A DNA stretch of 64,000 nucleotides from Actinomycetes bacterium (lineage in GTDB: Bacteria; Actinomycetota; Acidimicrobiia; Acidimicrobiales; Bog-793): positions 4,785 to 68,784 of the forward strand of contig JAJZBI010000020.1 of assembly GCA_021798985.1 (NCBI GenBank), written 5' to 3'. The notes beneath the pieces are model-generated. The model searched no databases, was not told the DNA's origin, and worked only from the letters and a program-made list of their open reading frames with translations. How positions within the stretch are numbered: the stretch's first letter is position 1; every line of letters begins with the position of its first letter. The translations under genes were made by a program, and so were the position numbers. This document shows, piece by piece, positions 33,817-41,916 of the stretch.

Positions 33817-34337
33817 GCCGTCACCTTGATCGAACCCATCATGTAGCCGGCGTGTGCCATGACCCAGCTGCCGCAGGGAACCTCGCACTGCCAGCTGGCG
33901 AGACCCGCCTGCTTCGGGTCGATCGTGAAGTGCACGGTCGCCGGGCCCGGCGGGACCGTCTCATTGACGCCGAGCGAGGGCACCGTGAAGGTGTGGGGCA
34001 TGGGCGTTTTGTTGACGATCGTGACCGTCGTCGGCGACCCGGCCGTCACGGTGCCGAGCACCGCCGCGCCGACGCCGTTGCTGCCGACGTAGGCGGGCTG
34101 CTGGCCCTCGGGGGTCTTGACGTTCTCGATGCTGACCGTGAGCGACGTGCCGCCCGCAGGCGAGGCGGCCGCAGGCGACGCGGCGGTCGTCGCGCTCGCC
34201 GGGTTCGTCGCGTGCCAGACGGCACCGACGCCCGCTGCCACACCGATCACCGCCGCTGCGCTGAGGGCGACCCCGCCAAGGAGGCTGCTCAGACCGATCA
34301 TGACTCGCCGTGGCGACGGTGCCTGGGTGGTGTCCAC
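33813..34337 (-). CDS. membrane-anchored CuA-like cupredoxin domain protein (paralogue 1)
   Basis: GTG 34337 lies 8 nt after AAGGAGG. N-terminal anchor VMIGLSSLLGGVALSAAAVIGVAAGV. PHTFTVPSLGVNETVP ... WQCEVPCGSWVMAHAGYMMG (H...C-x3-C-G...H...M pattern). Confidence 0.8.
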   Translation of the reverse strand: MDTTQAPSPRRVMIGLSSLLGGVALSAAAVIGVAAGVGAVWHATNPASATTAASPAAASPAGGTSLTVSIENVKTPEGQQPAYVGSNGVGAAVLGTVTAGSPTTVTIVNKTPMPHTFTVPSLGVNETVPPGPATVHFTIDPKQAGLASWQCEVPCGSWVMAHAGYMMGSIKVTA

Positions 34338-34686
34338 CTTGTTGACCTCCTTCCGCCCCGTACGGCCGAGGCGACACCGACATCGTCGGCGTTCGGGGCG
34401 AGCGGCGATACCCGGATGCCACGGGACTACGGGCGCGCAATCTTTCGGGGGTCGCTCCGTGGAACTACGGAGATCGCACGAAGACCAACAGATCGGGTGC
34501 GTTTCGCCAGCTTCTCCGGGTGTCCCGGCCAGGCGGGATCAGCGTTTTCACGGAGCCACCCGTGGCATCTCGGGTGCTGGCATCCGCAGTACCGGGGTAT
34601 CGCCATCGCCCGGGTCCCTGGAGGATTGCTCCAGCGGCCCGCCCTCCCCCCTGATCTTCGGCGCGAGGTCCGCGAGGAGGCTCATC

Positions 34687-35682
34687 ATGTCGACCGCCGT
34701 GACGGCAGGACCGCAGATCCTGCGGGTGCCGCGCCGATTGCTCCAGTGCCAGGCGCCACGGCGCCAGGGCGCCGTGGCCGCGTGCTCGCTCCGAGCGCGC
34801 CGCATCCAGCTGGCGCTCGGGATCTTGTGGCTCCTCGACGGCGTGTTGCAGCTGCAGCCGTCGATGTTCTCCCGCACCTTTGTCACCACGGTGCTGCTCC
34901 CGAGTGCCGCGGGCAGCCCGGGTTTTGTCGCCGGCCCGATCAGCGAGGCCGCCCGGCTGCTCGCGCCGCGGATCGTCGTCTTCAACGCCCTGTTCGCCGC
35001 CGTCCAGCTCGGCATTGGCGTCGCGCTCGTGCTCGGGCGCCAGGTGCGCGCCGCGCTCGCCGCCTCGGTGGCCTGGTCGCTCGGGGTGTGGTGGCTCGGC
35101 GAGGGCCTCGGCGGCCTGCTCGGCGGCGCGGCCTCGCCGATCAGCGGCGCGCCGGGAGCCGTGCTGCTGTACGGGATCGCCGCCCTGCTCGCCTGGCCCC
35201 CTGGCCAGTCCGCGCCGGCCGATCGGGTCGGCGTGTTCTCCGCTCGGGCGGCACGTTCGCTGGTCGCCCTCGTCTGGGTGCTCGGCGCGGCCCTCTTGGC
35301 CCAGCCGGCCAACCTCGCCGCGCATGGCTTGTCCTCACAGCTGCTCGCCGGCGCGGCCGGCGAGCCGGCGTGGCTCGCCTCCCCGATCCGGGACCTCGCG
35401 CGCCTGCTCGGTGGTGGCGGCACGGCGGCGACCTTCGCGGTGATGGTTACGATGCTCGCCGTGGCGATCGGTCTTGCGACCGGGCGATTCCTCGGGGCGG
35501 TGATCCCGCTCGCCATCGCCCTCGCGCTCGCGATCTGGTGGTTCGGCCAGGCCTTCGGCGGTATCGCCACCGGCTCGGCGACCGACCCCAACTCGGCCCC
35601 GTTGTTGATCCTGCTCACCCTCTCGGTCAGTGGCGCTGCCAGCCAGCGCCCGCCGGCCCGCGAGCTCGCGGGTGCGCAATGA
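34687..35682 (+). CDS. polytopic integral membrane protein of unknown function
   Basis: ATG 34687 after GAGGAGG. About 8 hydrophobic segments (ALGILWLLDGVLQLQP, VFNALFAAVQLGIGVALVLG, VAWSLGVWWLGEGLGG ...). ATGA overlap with the response-regulator gene. Confidence 0.75.
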   Translation: MSTAVTAGPQILRVPRRLLQCQAPRRQGAVAACSLRARRIQLALGILWLLDGVLQLQPSMFSRTFVTTVLLPSAAGSPGFVAGPISEAARLLAPRIVVFNALFAAVQLGIGVALVLGRQVRAALAASVAWSLGVWWLGEGLGGLLGGAASPISGAPGAVLLYGIAALLAWPPGQSAPADRVGVFSARAARSLVALVWVLGAALLAQPANLAAHGLSSQLLAGAAGEPAWLASPIRDLARLLGGGGTAATFAVMVTMLAVAIGLATGRFLGAVIPLAIALALAIWWFGQAFGGIATGSATDPNSAPLLILLTLSVSGAASQRPPARELAGAQ

Positions 35683-36578
35683 GCGCGCCGCTGACCCGCT
35701 TGGGTCCCTCGGCCGTGCCCTGTGACGTGGCCGAAGACGAGCCACCGGTCGAAGTGCCGGGGGGGACTTCGGACGAGGACAAAGAGGCCTTTTGGCATCG
35801 GCGGCCGATCGGCACCTTCCCCCACACTGGCGAGGTGCCGACACTGACCAACGAGCCAACTGCCCAGCCAGCGGCCCTGCCAGGGGAAACGCTACGCGCC
35901 GGCCAGCGGGCCATCACCGTGGCCATCGTCGACGACCATGCGCTGTTTCGCGAGGGCACCGTCTATGTCCTCGAAGGCGAGGAGGGCGTCGAGGTCGTCG
36001 GCGAGGCAGGCACCGGCGAGGACGCGCTCGAACTCCTCGAGCGGCTGCGCCCGGACGTCGCGATCGTGGACATCAACCTGCCGGGGATGAGCGGCTTGCA
36101 GGTCGCGCGCACCCTCGCCGATGCCGGCTCGCCGGTGCGGGTCCTCATCGTGAGCGCCTACGACGACTATGCCTACGTGACCGAGGCGCTCGAGGTCGGG
36201 GTCGCCGGCTACCTGCTGAAGACCGCGTCCGGCCGGGAGCTCGTCGACGCCGTGCGCGCCGTGGCCGACGGGGTGTTCGTCTTGGACCGGGCCGTCTCCT
36301 CTCGCCTGGCGCGCCGCAATCGCGTCGGCGCGGCAACCAGCAGCGACCAGCTGACTCCTCGGGAAGTCGACGTGCTCGCCCTGCTGGCCCAAGGGCTCTC
36401 GAACAAGCAGATCGCCCAGCGCCTCGTCCTCGGACTGCGCACCGTCGAGAGCCACGTGTCGAATGTGCTCGCCAAACTGGGCGTGACCTCGAGGACCGAG
36501 GCCGTGCTCTACGCGCTTGAGCACCATCTCGTGACCGGGGGGACGGACCGTGGCGCGGACCCACGCAACTCGCGCTGA
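35679..36578 (+). CDS. LuxR/NarL-family response regulator with ~75-aa N-terminal extension
   Basis: Receiver domain VAIVDDHALFREG..DVAIVDINLPGMSG..VLIVSAYDD. C-terminal HTH LTPREVDVLALLAQGLSNKQIAQRLVLGLRTVESHVSNVLAKLG. Confidence 0.9.
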   Translation: MSAPLTRLGPSAVPCDVAEDEPPVEVPGGTSDEDKEAFWHRRPIGTFPHTGEVPTLTNEPTAQPAALPGETLRAGQRAITVAIVDDHALFREGTVYVLEGEEGVEVVGEAGTGEDALELLERLRPDVAIVDINLPGMSGLQVARTLADAGSPVRVLIVSAYDDYAYVTEALEVGVAGYLLKTASGRELVDAVRAVADGVFVLDRAVSSRLARRNRVGAATSSDQLTPREVDVLALLAQGLSNKQIAQRLVLGLRTVESHVSNVLAKLGVTSRTEAVLYALEHHLVTGGTDRGADPRNSR

Positions 36579-38010
36579 GCTCTCGGCGGCGCTGAGAGGC
36601 GCGCTGCGCCCGCCCGTGCGAGAGGGGCGCTTCTGGGTCATCCAGCTGATGGTCGTCGTCATCGCTGGCGCCCACCTGGTGCTCGACGCCCACGGTGGCT
36701 TCGACAACGAGGCGGTGCCCGGGTTCATCTCGGTGGCCCTGCTGCTCGTCCCCGTCGGCTACGCCGCGGTCCGCTACGGGCTCGCCGGCTCGGCGGCCAC
36801 CGCCTTGTGGGCGACGCTGTTGTGGATCCCCGACCTGACGATCCGCCCCTTCGATCGGCACCTCCTCGGCGATGTCGCCAACCTGGTCCTCGTCGATCTC
36901 GTGGCGTTCGTCTTCGGCCGCAGCATCGAGGCCGAGCGGCTCGCCCACCTGCGCCTCGAGGAGGCCACCGCCGAGCGGCTGCGCGCCGAGGCGCGCTTTC
37001 GCCGCCTGTTCGAGACGAACAGCGCGCCGATCCTCGTCCTGTCCGAGCGCGGGATCGTGCGGGCCGCTAACCCCGCCGCCGAGGACATCTTCGGCGCCCT
37101 GCTGATCGGTCGGCCAGGAGCCGAGCTCCTCGATGACCGCCGCCAGCTCACCGAGCGCGCCGGCGAGCTCGTCTCGTTGGCGAACGGGCACGATTACCGC
37201 ATCGACGTGGCGGTGGACGCCTCGGCGAGCGAGGCCATGGTCCAGGTCATCTTTGAGGACGTGACGGCGGAGCGCCGCGCCGGCCGGCGCGCCGAGCGCT
37301 ACGCCCAGCTCGTCGTCCAGGCCGAGGAGGAGCAGCGCCTGCACCTCGCCCGTGAGCTCCACGACGAGCCCCTCCAGCTCTTCTTGCACCTGGCGCGCCA
37401 GCTCCAGCACCTTTCGGAGGTGCGCGGCGTCCCCGAGCGCGTCGCATCGGGCCTGGCGGCCGCCCGTGGTCAGGCACTCGAGGCGGCCGGCCGGCTGCGG
37501 ACGCTCGCCCGCGACCTGCGCCCGCCAGCGCTCGACCAGCTGGGCTTGGTCGCGGCGCTCTCGAGTCTCGTCGCCGACGTCGAGGAGGAAACGCCGTTGC
37601 ACTGCGACCTCGCGGTCCACGGCGAGGAGGTCCGGCTCGCCCGCGACATCGAGCTCGCAGCGTTCCGGATCGTCCAGGAGTCGGTGCGCAACTGCCTCAA
37701 GCACGCCCGCGCGAGCGCGGTGCGCGTCGAGGTCGCGTACGCGCCCGAGGCGCTCCGCCTGTCGATCGTCGACGACGGGCGCGGCTTTGAGCCCGCGGCG
37801 ATCGACGAGCTGCGCACCGACCACTTCGGCCTCCTCGGCATGAGCGAGCGTGCCCGGGTCCTCGGGGGCGAGCTGTCGGTCCACTCCACGCCGGGCTGTG
37901 GGACCCACGTCGAGGTGACGGTGCCCCTCGCCGGGCCGGACGAAGCGAGCCGGCCGATCAGCGCACCGCAGGGCTCGGGCGAGGCCGCCCCCGCCGCTCG
38001 GGCCAGCTGA
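36550..38010 (+). CDS. sensor histidine kinase (HisKA_3/NarX-DesK type) with N-terminal TM segments and PAS-like region
   Basis: LARELHDEPLQLFLHL (H-box), ESVRNCLKHARAS (N-box), DDGRGF, GLLGMSERARVLGGEL. GTG start at 36550 overlaps the RR gene end. Confidence 0.9.
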   Translation: MARTHATRAELSAALRGALRPPVREGRFWVIQLMVVVIAGAHLVLDAHGGFDNEAVPGFISVALLLVPVGYAAVRYGLAGSAATALWATLLWIPDLTIRPFDRHLLGDVANLVLVDLVAFVFGRSIEAERLAHLRLEEATAERLRAEARFRRLFETNSAPILVLSERGIVRAANPAAEDIFGALLIGRPGAELLDDRRQLTERAGELVSLANGHDYRIDVAVDASASEAMVQVIFEDVTAERRAGRRAERYAQLVVQAEEEQRLHLARELHDEPLQLFLHLARQLQHLSEVRGVPERVASGLAAARGQALEAAGRLRTLARDLRPPALDQLGLVAALSSLVADVEEETPLHCDLAVHGEEVRLARDIELAAFRIVQESVRNCLKHARASAVRVEVAYAPEALRLSIVDDGRGFEPAAIDELRTDHFGLLGMSERARVLGGELSVHSTPGCGTHVEVTVPLAGPDEASRPISAPQGSGEAAPAARAS

Positions 38011-38143
38011 GCGCGCTCTTGCCGGGCGTTCCACGGACGAGCCGAGGCGCGGACGGGAAGCGGCGCAGGCCAGTGCGTGCCGTGATCGGGATCATGCGAC
38101 TGGCCGGTCCCGGGCGCTCGCCGGTGGGCGCGCCGCCCGCCAC

Positions 38144-38722
38144 TCAGCGCCCGGCGCGGTAGCGCAGGGCGAGGACGCCAGAGGAGACGGCGCGCGCCTC
38201 CACCAGCTCGAGTGCCAACCGGTGCTCCTGGCGGGGGAAGTAGGCGGTGCCGCCGCCGAGCAGGACCGGGTGGACCCGGGGCCGGTACTCGTCGATCAGG
38301 CCCAACGCGGCCGCCTCCGCGGCGAGCGTCGCGCCACCGATCGCGATGTCGCTCGTGGCTGGCTCGGCCCGCAGCCGTTCGATCTCTTGGGCGAGCGTGC
38401 CCCGGGCGAGGCGGGCATTCCCCTCGAGCGCCGACAGCGTGGTGGAGAACACCACCTTGGGGAGCGCCTTCCACAGTGCGGCGAACTCGAGCGTCGAGAA
38501 ACCGAGTGCCGGATGCTGGTCGGTGCGCTCCCAGTACTGCATCGTCTGATACAGCCGTCGACCCAACAGGTGCACGCCGACGTCGCGGAGCTCGTCCGTG
38601 GCGAGACCGAAGAGCTCCTCGTCGGGTGCCGTGAAGTCGAAGCTGGCGTCGGGGGCCGCGATGTAGCCGTCCAGTGAGACGTTCATCGCGTAGGTCACCC
38701 TGCGCATGAGGGTCCTCCCCAA
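38144..38722 (-). CDS. dihydrofolate reductase-like (RibD C-terminal domain) protein
   Basis: MRRVTYAMNVSLDGYIA ... GRRLYQTM ... IAIGGATLAAEAAALGLIDEYRPRVHPVLLGGG. The start may be the second ATG at 38707. Confidence 0.85.
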   Translation of the reverse strand: MGRTLMRRVTYAMNVSLDGYIAAPDASFDFTAPDEELFGLATDELRDVGVHLLGRRLYQTMQYWERTDQHPALGFSTLEFAALWKALPKVVFSTTLSALEGNARLARGTLAQEIERLRAEPATSDIAIGGATLAAEAAALGLIDEYRPRVHPVLLGGGTAYFPRQEHRLALELVEARAVSSGVLALRYRAGR

Positions 38723-39365
38723 GCGGCGCGTTGGTCCCCGCCGGCGCGTCCCGGAGCGGGCTGCGCCGGTGGCGTCGGCGACGCTACTAGCCTCAGGGCG
38801 CGTGGAGAATGCCTCGACGCGAGCCTTCGCCGCGGCGTCGCGCTTTTATGCCGACGCGGTCGCGGCGGTGCCGCCCGAGCGCTACGCCGAGCGATGGTCC
38901 GATGTCTGGCGCATCATCGACCTGATCGCGCACGGCAATCGCGCCAACACCCTGCCCGTCGAGTACTACGAGCGGCCGGTCGCCAAGGCGGGGCCTGAGT
39001 ACGTGCTCCCCGAGAGCATCGCCGCTCGCGCCCGTGAGGCGGTGAGCTTCCTCGGCGAGGATCCCGTCGCAACGGTGCGCGCCGCATCGGAGCGTGCGCT
39101 CGCCGTGGTGGCGGCGGCGCCCGAGGGCGCGACGGTGGGCACGCCCTTTGGCGAGGAGCTGCTCGAGACCTACCTCGCCTCGCGCACGGCCGAGCTCATG
39201 CTCCACGGCCTCGACCTCGACGCCGACCTCGACCCGCCAGACGAGGCCGTCACCGCCGCCACCGCCTTTCTGTGTGGGCGCGCGGTTCGCCTCGGGCGCG
39301 GGATCGAGTTGCTGCGTGCGCTGAGCGGGCGCGGCGCGCTCGCCCCCGGCTTCAGCGTGTACTGA
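38706..39365 (+). CDS. DinB/MDMPI-type (mycothiol-dependent maleylpyruvate isomerase N-terminal domain) protein
   Basis: FYADAVAAVPPERYAERWSDVWRIIDLIAHGNRAN resembles the TIGR03083/MDMPI_N signature. Start position uncertain. Confidence 0.65.
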   Translation: MRVLPKRRVGPRRRVPERAAPVASATLLASGRVENASTRAFAAASRFYADAVAAVPPERYAERWSDVWRIIDLIAHGNRANTLPVEYYERPVAKAGPEYVLPESIAARAREAVSFLGEDPVATVRAASERALAVVAAAPEGATVGTPFGEELLETYLASRTAELMLHGLDLDADLDPPDEAVTAATAFLCGRAVRLGRGIELLRALSGRGALAPGFSVY

Positions 39366-39456
39366 GCCGCCGAGCCGCGGGTCCCGGCGCGATCGCCGTG
39401 GGCGACACAGCGACCCGGCCGCCCGCGCTGCCCGGCCCGACCCCCGCAGTGCTCGG

Positions 39457-40134
39457 TCAGGCGAGCGGTTCCCCAGGAGCATCGAGGGACGGGGCGTCGT
39501 CGACCGAAGCGCCGTGGCTTGCGCGCGCGGCGCTGCGCTCGATGACCTCGACGACGGCGGGTACCACCGCAGGGTCAAAGAGCGTGCCCGATCCTTCGCG
39601 TAGGTGGGCGAGCGCCTCGTCAGGCCGGAAGGTGCGCGGCCGGTAGTAGCGGAGCTCGATCATCGAGTCGTAGACGTCGATCGGCCCGAGGATGCGGCCG
39701 ATGGTCGAGATCTCCTCGCCCTGGCGGCCGTAGGGATAGCCCGAGCCGTCCCAGCGCTCGTGGTGCTCGAGGATGCCCACCGCGACCCGCTCGAACTCCT
39801 CGCCTCTCGCCGCGGCGGCTCCGGGGACACAGGCGCGCACGATGTCGGCGCCGATGGCGGGATGGCACTCGATCTCCTCGCGCTCGTTAGGGTCGAGCGG
39901 GCCCGGCTTGGACAGGGTCCCCTCGCTCACTCCGAGCTTGCCGAGATCGTGTAGCAACGCCGCCTGCCACAGGCATTCGAGCTCGGGACCCTCGAGGCCA
40001 AGGACGACGCCCACCTCCCTCGCCAGCGAACCGACCCGGCGTGAATGCACGCCGGTGGGCACGTGGTAGGCGCTCAGCGCCTCGCTCAATGCCGTCGCGA
40101 GCCGCGGCCTCCTCGTCCCCATCGGGTGCATCAT
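39457..40134 (-). CDS. stand-alone HD-GYP domain phosphohydrolase
   Basis: HSRRV...AALLHDLGKLGV...HPAIGADIV...HHERWDGSGYPYG. GAGGAG RBS before ATG 40134. Confidence 0.88.
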   Translation of the reverse strand: MMHPMGTRRPRLATALSEALSAYHVPTGVHSRRVGSLAREVGVVLGLEGPELECLWQAALLHDLGKLGVSEGTLSKPGPLDPNEREEIECHPAIGADIVRACVPGAAAARGEEFERVAVGILEHHERWDGSGYPYGRQGEEISTIGRILGPIDVYDSMIELRYYRPRTFRPDEALAHLREGSGTLFDPAVVPAVVEVIERSAARASHGASVDDAPSLDAPGEPLA

Positions 40135-40550
40135 CTCTCCTCATCGCGTGCGAGCGACCTGCACACTAAGCAATGGCGACGCTGCGCCGCGTGATCTGGC
40201 CGCGCCGGTGGTACTGGCCGGGTGGCAACGTTGCCGCGCAGGGGCCCTCGCCGGGCCCGGACTGCGCTCAGTGTGATCAGATCCCCGCTGGCGCGACCTC
40301 GCCGACGAGCGTCGCCCACCGACACCTGCGCCGTGCGCTCGTGCTCGGCTTCGGCGGTCGGCTCCGAGGTGCGCGCCCGAGTGTGGCGGCGCGAGCTGGA
40401 CGGATGCTGCGTGGCCCGGTGGCCGCGCCGGGCGGAAGGTTCGCTCGCGTCCAGCCCCTTGACGACTCGAGGGGGATCCGCTTAAGTACGGCTAAGCAGT
40501 AAGGGGGACTCGTCGAGCAACGCCCGGGGGGACGGTCGGGCACTCGATCA

Positions 40551-40564
40551 TGATAGCGCTATCA
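40551..40564. promoter_or_regulatory. LacI-family operator 1 (TGATAGCGCTATCA)
   Basis: Perfect 14-bp palindrome of the TGnnAGCGCTnnCA type upstream of the sugar ABC operon. Confidence 0.7.
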
Positions 40565-40583
40565 ATGTCCTGGTATCGGATGG

Positions 40584-40597
40584 TGGTAGCGCTATCA
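40584..40597. promoter_or_regulatory. LacI-family operator 2 (TGGTAGCGCTATCA)
   Basis: 13/14 palindromic, same core as operator 1, starting 33 nt downstream of it. Confidence 0.65.
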
Positions 40598-40661
40598 CGA
40601 TGGCTTGATCGGTGGCGGAGCAGGTGACCGGATCGGAAGGGGACGACGGTTCCCGGTCGCG

Positions 40662-40675
40662 TGGTAGCGCTACCA
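40662..40675. promoter_or_regulatory. LacI-family operator 3 (TGGTAGCGCTACCA)
   Basis: Perfect 14-bp palindrome 48 nt upstream of the SBP start codon at 40723. Confidence 0.7.
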
Positions 40676-40722
40676 AATCCGGGTCCCGGATCAGCGAGCA
40701 CCCACCACAAGGGGGAAGTGGC

Positions 40723-41790
40723 ATGACCCGAACTATCAGTCCACGCACCAGCCGGCCGCGCCGCATCGCTGCGCTCGCCGGCGCTGCGCTCGCCGCCGCG
40801 GCGATGTCGACCGCCGTCGTCGGCACCTCAGGCGCGGCGACCAAGCACGCTGGCAAGCCGATCAAGGTCGCCATCGTGCCGAAGCTCCTCGGCCTGCCGG
40901 TGTTCGAGGCGAATGTGAAGGGGGCGGAGGAGGTCGCGCCCTCGCTCGGGATCGCCCTCAAGTACACGGCACCGGCGACCGCATCGGCCGAAGGGCAGGT
41001 GCAGATCTTCAACAGCTTGATTCTGCAGCACTACAACGTCATCACCTTGTCCTCGGACGACCCGACCGTGCCGGCCCCGGTGCTCGAGAAGGCGATGAAG
41101 GCGGGGATCAAGGTCATCACCTTCGACTCCGACGTCATCCCGGCCGCTCGGGACTTCTTCATCCAAGACACCGCGTACAACACGATCGCCCAGGGTGTGA
41201 TCAACGCGGCGGAGAAGTTCACTGGTCCGAACGCCGAGGTGGCGATCATGTCGTCCACGCCGGACGCGACGATCCAGCTGGCGTGGATCAAGGCGATGAA
41301 GGCCTACCTCGCCACCAAGTTCCCGCACCTCAAGATCGCCACGATCGGCTACGGCCAGTCCAACCAGGCGACCTCGCTGACCCAGGCCGAGGACATCATC
41401 CACTCCTACCCGAACGTCAAGGCGATCCTGCCGATCGACGGTGCTGCCGTCGTCGGCACGGCCCAGGCGGTCCAGGACCTCGGAGATGCCGGCAAGATCG
41501 GCGTCTTCGGCATCGGGGATCCCCAGCCGAACCAGAAGTACTTCGCCAACGGCTCCCTGCAGGGCCTGTTCCTCTGGAACGAGGTCAACCAGGGCAAGCT
41601 GATCATGTACGTGGCCAAGCTCGCCTATGAGAACAAGCTCAAGGCCGGGCACGCCTTCCGCGCCGGTTCGCTCGGCACCTTCATGGTGCAGGCCAAGGCC
41701 GATCCCGTGACGGGCGCGACGCGCAACACGATCATCTTCTCCAAGCCGCTCGAGTTCACCAAGGCGAACTACAAGAAGTACGACTTCTAG
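40723..41790 (+). CDS. sugar ABC transporter substrate-binding protein (RbsB/LsrB/RhaS-like)
   Basis: Signal peptide RRIAALAGAALAAAAMSTAVVG. KVAIVPKLLGLPVFEANVKGAEE, IKVITFDSDV, ILPIDGAAVVG. ATG 40723 follows GGGGGAAG. Confidence 0.88.
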   Translation: MTRTISPRTSRPRRIAALAGAALAAAAMSTAVVGTSGAATKHAGKPIKVAIVPKLLGLPVFEANVKGAEEVAPSLGIALKYTAPATASAEGQVQIFNSLILQHYNVITLSSDDPTVPAPVLEKAMKAGIKVITFDSDVIPAARDFFIQDTAYNTIAQGVINAAEKFTGPNAEVAIMSSTPDATIQLAWIKAMKAYLATKFPHLKIATIGYGQSNQATSLTQAEDIIHSYPNVKAILPIDGAAVVGTAQAVQDLGDAGKIGVFGIGDPQPNQKYFANGSLQGLFLWNEVNQGKLIMYVAKLAYENKLKAGHAFRAGSLGTFMVQAKADPVTGATRNTIIFSKPLEFTKANYKKYDF

Positions 41791-41916
41791 TCCTCCTCCG
41801 GCCGGTGGGCTCCCGCAGGCGTCCCCCTGCGGGAGCCGCCGGAGGCGGCGTCCTTGTCAACCTCGCAATGCAAAGGCAGAAGCTCGAAGGATTCCAGTGA
41901 GTACGTACTCGTGCCG

